35,130 bases of DNA from Patescibacteria group bacterium UBA2135 (GCA_002327685.1 DCXN01000022.1:6645-41774); one strand, 5' to 3'; counted from the stretch's first letter, positions 18,182 through 26,688 are shown. The notes: generated by a model not told the origin, from the letters alone. Program-made: numbers and translations.

Positions 18182-19047
18182 GATTCAATATAATTACTTA
18201 TTGTAGTAAATGAAAATCCACCGTCTCTGATAACAGTAACCATATCAGCAAGTGTATTGCGATTCATTTCAGTAAAGTGACCCCACAAATGAAGGAAGAA
18301 GCCCTGGGGCTGGAGTTCTCGTATCTCTTTTAGTATGCACGCTAGATCGCGTGGGGATATGTTTCCTGGAGCAAACCATAACCCAACAGGCACTTCACCG
18401 GAAGAATACACACCTTGACGACTGCCTCTCCAAGCATTAATACCTGCCGCAGAAAGAAACCTGGAATATTGAATATTATTTTTAGGAAAACTCATAAAGC
18501 GTGGGCTGTGTCCAAACGTGTCGGTTATAAGTTCCACAGATTTTGTGACTTCCTTCTGCGCTTCTTTTTGAGAAAGAGTACTGAAGCGACGGTGAGAAAA
18601 TCCATGAATACCAACTTCCACATTTTTTCCAGCAAGTGCTGTATGTTCATCTTGAGAGAATTGAAATAAATCATCATGTTTTGTAATAAGATTGCGTTGA
18701 TCATCGGAGAGAAAGCTAGAGGTAATAAAATTATGATCAAGAAGTCCGCATACAATTTGTACATTACACGGCACCTCTTTCTCTCCAAGGAAGGAAAGTG
18801 TTGGCAACAGATTATTTTTACTAAGTTTACCTAAATGTAACGCTTCTACACTTCCTCTTTCCCAAAACGGCGAATTAAGTCCCAACTCAAGATCAAAACT
18901 CAAGTTTACTAAAAAACTCCCATCAACTGGATGAAACGAGGTAGGTATTCCAACTTTAAGTTCTTCTAGAAATATATGCACTGGAGCAGAGTAGCCGCGT
19001 GACAGAAGAGATCGTTTTATGGGTCGAAGTATTGAGCGAAGATTCAT
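18178..19047 (-). CDS. Polysaccharide deacetylase (NodB/CE4-like)
   Basis: LSFDLE, EVGIHGFSH, SFPKN, HLWGH. Confidence 0.8.
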   Translation of the reverse strand: MNLRSILRPIKRSLLSRGYSAPVHIFLEELKVGIPTSFHPVDGSFLVNLSFDLELGLNSPFWERGSVEALHLGKLSKNNLLPTLSFLGEKEVPCNVQIVCGLLDHNFITSSFLSDDQRNLITKHDDLFQFSQDEHTALAGKNVEVGIHGFSHRRFSTLSQKEAQKEVTKSVELITDTFGHSPRFMSFPKNNIQYSRFLSAAGINAWRGSRQGVYSSGEVPVGLWFAPGNISPRDLACILKEIRELQPQGFFLHLWGHFTEMNRNTLADMVTVIRDGGFSFTTISNYIES

Positions 19048-19051
19048 GGGT

Positions 19052-20179
19052 TTATTTTGATTTATAAAGATTGAGGTGTTCTTGGGTTGACTTTCTCCAG
19101 TCAAATTTTTCGCGAACAAATGTCTCACCTCGTTTCCCCATTTTTTTCCTAAGTTCTGGATTAGAATAGAGTATTTTAATTTTTTGAGCCAGTGCTTCTA
19201 CGTCATGTTCAGGAACTAAGAAACCAGAGCCATCCTCTTCAAGTGCTTCTGGAATACCTCCGCTGTTTGTACCTAAAACAGGAACACCATACTGTTGCGC
19301 TTCAAGAAAAACAATACCGAGCCCCTCAATGTCTCCTTCTTTTTTAAAGAAAAAAGAAGGCATTGAGAAAACACTGGCAAGTGAATAATACGGTTTCGCG
19401 TCCTGTGCTCCAGCAAAAATCACCCTTTTTTGCAATCCATAGTCGGTCGCCTGTTGTTTGAGATCTTTTTCAAGAGGTCCTGCGCCAACGAAAAGTAATT
19501 TTACTTTTTTGTTCCCGAGAAGAGACACTGCTCTAAGTAAATCTTCTGGACCTTTTCGCTTTACCAAATGTCCCACAAAAAGAACTATAAAATCATCCAG
19601 CGCTATATTATGTTTTTCTCTTAGCGATTGAGTTATTTGAGGAGATATGGTCGGCGGATTGTCAGAAAGTGGATAATAGACAACAGCAAATTGTTCAAGA
19701 GAAATGTTATGCCGCCTCATGGCCTCATCACGCGTTGACTTACTAAACGCAATTGCTTTCGTTGCATGTTTCAAGGTCCACGCTTTTGCCCATCTTGTCT
19801 TTCGACTCCCTAGAATACTTAAAACATCCGTCCCGTAAAAAGTAACAAACACCGGTTTGCGTAAAAGATATTTTGCCACAAATACTGTTATAAAACCTGC
19901 AGGAAAAACAGAGGTAGAGTGAAATACGTCATGGTGTCTAAGGCGGAATATGTGCCAAATAATATCCCATGCGATCCAAAAAAATGATTTTTTATCATCG
20001 CGAAGTATAGAAAGTTTTTCGCCTTGTTCTTCCACGCTTTGTATCAAATTATTAGGCGCAATGACTTGCACATGTTCAACATCAGAAGAAAGCGAAAGAT
20101 GATGCGCAATACTGCGTGAGAATTCCGGTATGCCGCCAATCATCGGCGGAAAATCTACGGTAATAAAGCAAATTTTCAT
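19052..20179 (-). CDS. GT4 glycosyltransferase (PimB-like)
   Basis: DFPPMIGGI, VGHLVKRKG, EGLGIVFLEA, SGGIPE, FDW. Confidence 0.9.
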   Translation of the reverse strand: MKICFITVDFPPMIGGIPEFSRSIAHHLSLSSDVEHVQVIAPNNLIQSVEEQGEKLSILRDDKKSFFWIAWDIIWHIFRLRHHDVFHSTSVFPAGFITVFVAKYLLRKPVFVTFYGTDVLSILGSRKTRWAKAWTLKHATKAIAFSKSTRDEAMRRHNISLEQFAVVYYPLSDNPPTISPQITQSLREKHNIALDDFIVLFVGHLVKRKGPEDLLRAVSLLGNKKVKLLFVGAGPLEKDLKQQATDYGLQKRVIFAGAQDAKPYYSLASVFSMPSFFFKKEGDIEGLGIVFLEAQQYGVPVLGTNSGGIPEALEEDGSGFLVPEHDVEALAQKIKILYSNPELRKKMGKRGETFVREKFDWRKSTQEHLNLYKSK

Positions 20180-21069
20180 AGCTTCTTACATCCTATCACC
20201 ATTCCAAAATTTTTATTTAAAAACGGTGTCAGAAGAAAATTGAGTCCATAGAGTTTTGTATATGTTCCAAAGGTGAAAATCAACATAAAAAAGTTTTTGA
20301 AAGTTCTATTTCTCTTAAATTTCCCCCACAGATGAAGCGAACCAAGTTCATATTTAAGTGTCGGCGGACGCTCGTACCACCACTCACAACTACCAAAACC
20401 AGTTTCTCTCAATAACATTTCCAAATTATTTTTTGAGAATTGATATAAGTGATGCGGTGGCGTAAGTACCGACCATGGCATTTTGAAAAATTTATGAAGC
20501 AAGAATGTCTTTTTTGCCCAAAATGAGTCAAGATTCGGGGTAGAAACAATGAGAACACCTTCGGGCTTTAAGATACGATAACATTCTTTGAGGAGTCCGA
20601 GTGGATCCTGTACATGTTCAATAATGTCTCCCAAAAAGATAGTATCAAAAAAATCATCATCGTAGTGCGCATCTTTCAGCTCTCCTTGTATAACATTTAA
20701 TCCATTACCTTGCGCAATGCTCGCAGTTCGTTCGTTTAGCTCCACGCCGCATGTGTTAAAGCCGCGCTGTTTTGCATGATAGAGAAACTCCCCGCTTGAA
20801 CAGCCCACATCAAGCAAGTTCCCCACTACACTTTTTTTTTCTAAAAAATTCAAAATTCTCCTTGCGTGTGGAGATTCTTTCGTCTTGCTCAAATCTTTCT
20901 TTTTATGACCTTGGTATCCTGATTTTTCCGAGTATATTTCTTTGTCAAGATATTCGTCATCTGGTTGTGGGTCAACAAAAACAAGTCCACAGAAAGAACA
21001 TTTCTGGTAAGAGTAGCCGTCCTTTTCTAAAAAATATTCAGTTATTTTACCGCAAACGTGACAAGGCAT
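20176..21069 (-). CDS. Class I SAM methyltransferase with N-terminal Zn-ribbon
   Basis: CHVC...CSFC, LLDVGCSSG, DIIEHV.DP, PHHL..F. Confidence 0.88.
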   Translation of the reverse strand: MPCHVCGKITEYFLEKDGYSYQKCSFCGLVFVDPQPDDEYLDKEIYSEKSGYQGHKKKDLSKTKESPHARRILNFLEKKSVVGNLLDVGCSSGEFLYHAKQRGFNTCGVELNERTASIAQGNGLNVIQGELKDAHYDDDFFDTIFLGDIIEHVQDPLGLLKECYRILKPEGVLIVSTPNLDSFWAKKTFLLHKFFKMPWSVLTPPHHLYQFSKNNLEMLLRETGFGSCEWWYERPPTLKYELGSLHLWGKFKRNRTFKNFFMLIFTFGTYTKLYGLNFLLTPFLNKNFGMVIGCKKL

Positions 21070-21180
21070 AAATAAACGTAAAACGTAAAATGGAAAAAGC
21101 AAAACAACAACTCAAAATTCAAAAAAGTAAAATCACTTTAAGTTTTACGTTATTGTTTTTCGCTTTGCGTTTTGCATTTT
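21070..21180. repeat. Degenerate heptamer inverted-repeat element (AAAACGY / RCGTTTT)
   Basis: aaacgt aaaacgt aaaatgg aaaaagc aaaac ... gttttacgtt ... tttcgct ttgcgtt ttgcatt. Confidence 0.7.
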
Positions 21181-22232
21181 TAGTTTCTAAGGATTCCTAT
21201 CTTCCGTGCTTCGTCAATAATGGTCATCACGCGAGCTTTCGTTGAGTGTCGCTTCAGGATTTCTTGGTACTCTGCATCAAGGTCTTTTTGATCATATCCA
21301 TTGCGCAGAAACTCTCCCACCTCTTCGAGTTGATATTCAAGATCATACAAATTATTATATTGAAAAATCCGTTTGTAATTCATCGTGTCACTGTCCGGTT
21401 CAAAAAGATCAAAACGCTCGGCAATTACAATACAGTTATTTCCTAAAATCTCCCAGAAGCGGCGTGAATCATATCCCGCGGCACCAGTTGAAATTCCCAC
21501 CTTCGTCCGCGCCAATATTTTTAGATATTTTTCTTGTGACAGTGGCCCTCTACTTATCGGCAGTTTGTGTGTTTTTTTTGTGTGGTAGGTAAATCCATTT
21601 TTTTTGCAAAATTTCTCTACTAATTCACCAGCATACTTTCTTGTAAGCGGAAAATCCTCCTGTCCGAACATGCACGCAAAATCAATGTCTTTTTCTTTAC
21701 TTGAGTCGTAGTATTTACTATATCTTGATTCAATCCCAAGCGGAAATGGAATCATGCCATTTGTGTACGGCTTCTCTCGACGAAAATAAAGCCGACATTT
21801 TTTCTGCATTTCCTTGTTCGGAGCGCCAGGACCTTCGTACGTTCCTCTAATAATTTCCAGCTGCAAAGTGAGGTCGCGCCATTTATTTTTCCCTATTTCC
21901 GAACCATCAATAAATACTGTTTTATTCCATCCACCTATCTCTTCTACAAAATCATAATCAATACCGTATTTCCCATGTCCTAAAATGATAAGGTCAGCAC
22001 TTTTAGCAAAGGATAGAAGTTTTTCCCGTGACATTCGCGCTTCTTTTGAAAAGCCTTTTGGTGTCGGATATGTGGGGTTATCAGAAAGCGGATAATAATC
22101 GGGATAATAAAATTCCAAGTCTGGATTTTCTTTTTGCAATTCTGAAAGTCCATCTAAAACAGTATCCACATAAAAATCATCCCGCTGTGTCGGTGTTACG
22201 ACTGCTATTTTGTAGTTAAAGTTTGAGCTCAT
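21180..22232 (-). CDS. Putative glycosyltransferase (CgeB/Glyco_trans_1_2-like C-terminus)
   Basis: Y.KILARTKVGIS..AAGYDSRRFWEI and a C-terminal HST.AR motif. Confidence 0.6.
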   Translation of the reverse strand: MSSNFNYKIAVVTPTQRDDFYVDTVLDGLSELQKENPDLEFYYPDYYPLSDNPTYPTPKGFSKEARMSREKLLSFAKSADLIILGHGKYGIDYDFVEEIGGWNKTVFIDGSEIGKNKWRDLTLQLEIIRGTYEGPGAPNKEMQKKCRLYFRREKPYTNGMIPFPLGIESRYSKYYDSSKEKDIDFACMFGQEDFPLTRKYAGELVEKFCKKNGFTYHTKKTHKLPISRGPLSQEKYLKILARTKVGISTGAAGYDSRRFWEILGNNCIVIAERFDLFEPDSDTMNYKRIFQYNNLYDLEYQLEEVGEFLRNGYDQKDLDAEYQEILKRHSTKARVMTIIDEARKIGILRN

Positions 22233-23404
22233 ACATCTTTCATTGAACTAACAATGCGCGTAATAAGGTTTTCTATCTTAAAATCTTTGCTTACTCGCTC
22301 GTAAAGATATTTTTGCATTTCGACGATCTTTGACTCATTCATCTCGGATAATGCATTTATTTTTTCTGCCAAATCGCGCGAATCCCGCTCTGTATATAAC
22401 AGATAACGAGCATGTCTATCAAAAAGATTCTCAAATGCGCGGTTTGCAGAAAGAGCAAATGTGCTACTAGCGATACTTTCAAGTACTGCTTTATCCATGC
22501 CGCCTGTTGGCGTTAAATTAACTGACACATCAGCTTCTTTATAATAACGCGGTATCTCGTGATGCGGTACACTGCCAACAAAAGAGAACGATTCATCTAA
22601 ATTATGATGAGCAATATGTTCTCTTAAATATTTAAAATATTCCTCGTCTGTATTGTTCACTGGGTCCCCAACACAAGTAACCATAACGCGCTTTTTCCAT
22701 TTGTGTCCTAAAATATGGACTGCGTCTACAAGAATCTCTAAATTCTTTATTGGCGTAATCCTTCCTATGTGCAGAATTCGTATAGGATTATGAAACTTCC
22801 CTAAACTCTCGACATCTGGTATCGAGAGTCTAAAAGCAGTGAAGCGAGCAAGATCAATTCCGTGCCCCAAGAAATGTATTTTCTTGCTTTTGAGTCGAAA
22901 TGCTTCTTTTGTGGTACTGAATATGATATGCGCCAATTTTTCTGCAATCCGCAGTTTCAAATTCACTTGCCTGTGTACATACCATAGGCCAATTTTTTTG
23001 CGCCACAATCTCCACAGCAATCCCCCAAGTACTACGTATTCCGGATTCATGTGAACGAAGACGGTATCGTATTTGTTACGATTTCGTACAATATATCGTA
23101 TGAAGCGAACTATGTAAGTAATTTTTCGTAAAAGGTTGTAGGTTGCCCGCTCCGCCCGCGAAACGAGGCGAGTAGGTTGTAGCCGTCTTTGACGAGCCTC
23201 GCTTTTGGCGGGGTTGTAGGTTAAGTTTTCTTCTTTCCCTAAAGAAAAAATTTCTACATTGTGTGGTAAATCATATTCTCCTCTCTCAAGACATATCACG
23301 GAAACATTTTTGCATTGTGTAGAAAATTCCCGTATCCAGGAATGGAAAAAACCTAAAACGTCGTCGTTTTTGTCAACTTTTTGAGTGAGTATTAAAAGTT
23401 TCAT
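22229..23404 (-). CDS. GT4 glycosyltransferase with an in-frame repeat-derived insertion
   Basis: LGFFH.W, HMNPEY, GHGID, GRITPIKN, GGMDKAVLE. Confidence 0.88.
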   Translation of the reverse strand: MKLLILTQKVDKNDDVLGFFHSWIREFSTQCKNVSVICLERGEYDLPHNVEIFSLGKEENLTYNPAKSEARQRRLQPTRLVSRAERATYNLLRKITYIVRFIRYIVRNRNKYDTVFVHMNPEYVVLGGLLWRLWRKKIGLWYVHRQVNLKLRIAEKLAHIIFSTTKEAFRLKSKKIHFLGHGIDLARFTAFRLSIPDVESLGKFHNPIRILHIGRITPIKNLEILVDAVHILGHKWKKRVMVTCVGDPVNNTDEEYFKYLREHIAHHNLDESFSFVGSVPHHEIPRYYKEADVSVNLTPTGGMDKAVLESIASSTFALSANRAFENLFDRHARYLLYTERDSRDLAEKINALSEMNESKIVEMQKYLYERVSKDFKIENLITRIVSSMKDV

Positions 23405-23408
23405 TACA

Positions 23409-23569
23409 TTACGATTCCCAGTCTTTAATCACAAGCTGTTTTCGCCTTACATTAACGATAACCTTCTGACGAGTTCCTAAATCGCCTCAACAGGAATCGT
23501 AATATGATAACTCGTTTTTCCCTTGCCAAGTTTTCGTATATTACGGTTTTTCAGTTTCCTTCTAGTCAT
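23409..23569 (-). pseudogene. Frameshifted AbrB/MazE/SpoVT-like small DNA-binding protein
   Basis: MTRRKLKNRNIRKLGKGKTSYHITIPVEAI* continues in another frame as RQKVIVNVRRKQLVIKDWES*; the 161-nt span is not a multiple of 3. Confidence 0.7.
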
Positions 23570-23575
23570 ATATTT

Positions 23576-23627
23576 ATTATAACAAAAAAAGAAATATGCA
23601 TTTAAATACGTATTTAAATACGTATTT
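23576..23627 (-). promoter_or_regulatory. Leaderless extended -10 promoter with three tandem palindromic 12-mers (candidate operator)
   Basis: TGtTATAAT 6 nt before ATG 23569; aaatatgcattt-aaatacgtattt-aaatacgtattt at 23592-23627. Confidence 0.65.
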
Positions 23628-23711
23628 CTTTTAATTACTTTTTGCTGAAATGCTGGGAGAAATTTTAAATGTATTGCACTTAAATCTTGAATCCAAGGGA
23701 AACACCCATTC

Positions 23712-23740
23712 TTGACAAAATCATATATATCGTCTACAAT
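23712..23740 (+). promoter_or_regulatory. Sigma70 promoter
   Basis: TTGACA-17 nt-TACAAT, followed by SD AAGGAG at 23769-23774. Confidence 0.8.
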
Positions 23741-23780
23741 ACGCACAGTACTGACCTCGTACAGACCAAAGGAGCACACA

Positions 23781-24188
23781 ATGCGTACTTTTGCCTTAGT
23801 GCTTACGATAATACTTGCTACTGCGACATTACCCGCGCACGCGGATAGTGTGGTTACTTACTTTGACGGTACGATGGATACGGAATTTAACCAATTTAAC
23901 CTGTTCTTCGTCTTCGCGGGTATCGCGGTGGCGCTCATGGTGCTGGCGAATATACTCATGTATTTTGAGTTTGCCGTCGTCTCCACTATCTTCGCCATCT
24001 TCGCTACTCTCGTCACCCTCGTCGCTTCCTTTGTAGCCATCACCTTTACCACCTTCACCATCTTCGCCCTCATCGCCGCAGGTGCCGTCATCTCTGAATA
24101 TAAAAGAACAAAAACGGAATACTACCCCACGTCTAGCAGCGCCTTCTACATTTGTATGGGCATTGCCGCGATAACAATATATCTGTAA
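23781..24188 (+). CDS. Hypothetical membrane protein with signal peptide
   Basis: Own promoter, SD and terminator; MRTFALVLTIILATATLPAHA|DS signal peptide; 3-4 TM segments. Confidence 0.75.
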   Translation: MRTFALVLTIILATATLPAHADSVVTYFDGTMDTEFNQFNLFFVFAGIAVALMVLANILMYFEFAVVSTIFAIFATLVTLVASFVAITFTTFTIFALIAAGAVISEYKRTKTEYYPTSSSAFYICMGIAAITIYL

Positions 24189-24194
24189 ACTTCC

Positions 24195-24228
24195 GGCCCG
24201 ATCCCTTGTGGATCGGGTCTGTTTTTTT
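24195..24228 (+). terminator. Intrinsic terminator
   Basis: ggcccgatcc-cttgt-ggatcgggtc followed by T7. Confidence 0.8.
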
Positions 24229-24313
24229 AAGAGGTATTGACCTCAGCAAGACCCGGCCTTGCGGAAAACACACGCCAAGGAAACAGAACTGGATATTTAG
24301 TAAGCTCAATTTC

Positions 24314-24345
24314 CTTACTTTTAATACCATGGTATAAAAAGTAAG
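24314..24345. repeat. 32-bp AT-rich palindrome
   Basis: cttacttttaatacca|tggtataaaaagtaag, one mismatched pair. Confidence 0.8.
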
Positions 24346-24398
24346 ACTAGAAAGGTGCTTTAGGTTGGCGAGCGGGTGGAACAGAGCGAGAATGGGAT

Positions 24399-24455
24399 AA
24401 TTACACCACAGAATTTTAGATTAAATTGTACTTATCCCCAATTATTCACAAAAAA
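24399..24455. repeat. Imperfect ~57-bp direct repeat, copy 1
   Basis: aattacaccacaga is identical to 25021-25034, and the alignment continues without gaps to the A-tract. Confidence 0.75.
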
Positions 24456-24479
24456 AACCGCGAGGTAAACCACACGGTT
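24450..24479 (-). terminator. Intrinsic terminator after the HsmA-like gene
   Basis: Minus strand aaccgtgtgg-ttta-cctcgcggtt followed by a U-run. Confidence 0.65.
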
Positions 24480-24497
24480 CTTTGAATTTGAAAATTT

Positions 24498-24845
24498 TTA
24501 GAATAAATAGACAAACCCGCTTAAAAACGAGACGACCCATGTGGGAAGAAATATCCATTTAGCAAAGAGAACATGGAGTTTCTTGCGGCGAAATATTCCA
24601 AGTCCAGCCTGTATACTAAATAGCGCAAGGGCAACGATAGATGAAATAGTATGGAAGTCCCACTTAACATCTGCGGCCATAGTCCACATTACATATGTAC
24701 CATAGGCGTCAAGAACAAATGCGACAACAGCAACCCAGATATGAAAGTACCACCACTTCCCTCTTTTCCGTGCTATAAAAAAGGCAAGGAAATAAAGAAC
24801 AAGAGCGACGGCTATGCACAATTCTATTACACGTATTGAACTCAC
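24498..24845 (-). CDS. Four-helix membrane protein, HsmA/TIGR03987- or DUF420-like (possible heme binding)
   Basis: ALVLY, H...D..GT..M, H..S, H......W pattern with three His residues at TM helices; GTG start. Confidence 0.55.
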   Translation of the reverse strand: MSSIRVIELCIAVALVLYFLAFFIARKRGKWWYFHIWVAVVAFVLDAYGTYVMWTMAADVKWDFHTISSIVALALFSIQAGLGIFRRKKLHVLFAKWIFLPTWVVSFLSGFVYLF

Positions 24846-25020
24846 TTCATCTTCCTGTCATTTTAATTACATCTGGTCTGAATCTTGTCATTTCATAATT
24901 CAAAATGCAAGGGGTGAATGATGATGACTATGCTATACCCATTCATCTATCAAAAGATACAGGGCTTCCGCCAAAGACGAATCAGCCTCGGGTTGAAGCT
25001 CTATGCTTTTTGTGTGTGGA

Positions 25021-25077
25021 AATTACACCACAGATTTTTCAATTTAATGGTGCCTGCCCCCATTGATAAATAAAAAA
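25021..25077. repeat. Imperfect ~57-bp direct repeat, copy 2
   Basis: Aligns with 24399-24455; contains TGgTGTAAT on the minus strand. Confidence 0.75.
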
Positions 25078-25117
25078 GTCCCATATTGTCACGATCGTGA
25101 CAACATGGGACTTTTTT
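25072..25117. terminator. Long palindromic bidirectional terminator after ugd
   Basis: aaaaaagtcccatattgtcacga|tcgtgacaacatgggactttttt. Confidence 0.8.
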
Positions 25118-25158
25118 ATATAACGGAGGGTTTTTTGGCAAAACAAAAAAAATAGTGT

Positions 25159-26103
25159 TTATCTCTTCTGCTTTTTCGCATTGTTTAACACGTTTCCGTA
25201 CACTCCCTCTAACAAATCTAAATCTTTATTGCTCTCAGTCAATAAATCAATGTTTTTGTTTTTGAGGGCATCTAAAATTATATTTCCTAATTCGTCATCA
25301 ACTTCTTTTTTATACATTTCACTAAAAGCGGCAAAATCTTTAATGAAACAATGTCCTCCAGCACCGCGACCGCCCTTGTGGACAGGATCTAGATGAAGTT
25401 CATAAAATGGCAACGTCCTCCCCGCTTCTCCGCCAGAAGAGCCGCTTTTGTGTATAGGATTCATATGAGATGTTCCGATTCGCGGATCAGCTGCCATTGA
25501 ATTACGAATAACTTCCCAATCACAATCAAATTTTGCCGCCAGATCATATAGTAAGTTTATATAAAGAACCTTAAAATAGAACCAATTATTACCTCCATAT
25601 TTTACAAGTTCAGCTTCTTTTGCTTTACAAACCAACTCAAAATTTGCTTTTGGTAAAACGCCCAAAACATCCTTTGCTTTTTGTTGATATTCCTCCGTAT
25701 CTTTTGGAATCCCTATAATATTACGAAAAGGACTAGACGCATCTTCCGCCGCAGTAACTTCTGTTAAAAACTCTGGGGAATGGAATACGTAAATTTCAGG
25801 ATTTTCCTTCTGTATTGATTCAGTTGTTCCTGGGACAATTGTTGACTTAATGACAGCAATCTTATTTCTGCCAATAAGTTTTATCACTTCACGCACGATA
25901 CTATCATCAAACCCATTTTTGTTGGTTGGAGTAGGGACAGCAATAAAAACAACATCACATTCCTTTATTTTTTCTTTATTGCCTACATACTCCTGCTCAT
26001 TGGCATAACGTACTACCTGATATCCTCTGTTTTCAAAATCATCGGCATAGTGTTTGCCGATCCAACCTTGCCCAATAAAACCTATTTGTACTTTCTTAGA
26101 CAT
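25159..26103 (-). CDS. ugd: UDP-glucose/GDP-mannose dehydrogenase family, short form lacking the C-terminal domain
   Basis: IGQGWIG, FIAVPTP, IKSTIVPGTT, PEFL, AELVKY..N, DPRIG, GGHCFIKD. Confidence 0.85.
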   Translation of the reverse strand: MSKKVQIGFIGQGWIGKHYADDFENRGYQVVRYANEQEYVGNKEKIKECDVVFIAVPTPTNKNGFDDSIVREVIKLIGRNKIAVIKSTIVPGTTESIQKENPEIYVFHSPEFLTEVTAAEDASSPFRNIIGIPKDTEEYQQKAKDVLGVLPKANFELVCKAKEAELVKYGGNNWFYFKVLYINLLYDLAAKFDCDWEVIRNSMAADPRIGTSHMNPIHKSGSSGGEAGRTLPFYELHLDPVHKGGRGAGGHCFIKDFAAFSEMYKKEVDDELGNIILDALKNKNIDLLTESNKDLDLLEGVYGNVLNNAKKQKR

Positions 26104-26151
26104 GTATATTAAAACGGTAATATGTAATACCGGGTTACACAATTAATTATT

Positions 26152-26688
26152 CTAAAATGACTTGAGTAATTGTGCAAATTCTTTCAAGTTTGTGACCTCA
26201 TTGGAGGCAGAATAATCAACGTTATAGACATAAGAAATTTCTTTCCGATTCATTTTGACAGAAACAATATTTGGACAACACTCTTCCATGCTCTTAATCT
26301 GTGCAGGCGCATCATCAAGAAAGACGATTTTCTCTTGAGACCCCTGGAACTTCTTTGCGGCAACATCACCCTTGGAACGTTTTTCAGCAAAATCAGTAAA
26401 AATTGTTTCGTCAAAAAGTGGAAGAATACCACTCTGTTCTACTTTTTCTCTTTGATACAATGTTTGCCCAGGGTAAGGAGCAGTACAAAGAACAAGATGA
26501 TGCTGGGCATAATCTTTCAAAAAATCTAGTACATCACGGAAAACATATCGGGACAAATCTGTGCTTTCTGTAAGCCTTTCAATATAAAGAGCTGGGTCAT
26601 CTCCAAAACGTGTCCCCTCCATACCAAAATCTTTTCTGTATTGTTCTAAGTTAAACAGTGTGTTGTCAAAGTCAAGTAATAAAATCAT
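26152..26688 (-). CDS. HAD-superfamily hydrolase
   Basis: LLDFDNTL motif I, K motif III and FLDD motif IV. Confidence 0.85.
   Translation of the reverse strand: MILLLDFDNTLFNLEQYRKDFGMEGTRFGDDPALYIERLTESTDLSRYVFRDVLDFLKDYAQHHLVLCTAPYPGQTLYQREKVEQSGILPLFDETIFTDFAEKRSKGDVAAKKFQGSQEKIVFLDDAPAQIKSMEECCPNIVSVKMNRKEISYVYNVDYSASNEVTNLKEFAQLLKSF

Noticed and set aside
23477-23779. 100-aa minus-strand ORF
   Set aside because: The N-terminal ~70 codons cross promoter/operator DNA; only the part from ATG 23569 is AbrB-like.
24133-24337. Two small opposing ORFs (65 and 61 aa)
   Set aside because: They span a terminator and a palindrome and have no protein-like features.
26152-26688. HAD protein as the missing GmhB
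   Set aside because: It lacks the GmhB DRDGT(I/L)N, TNQSG and CxH/CxCRKP signatures.
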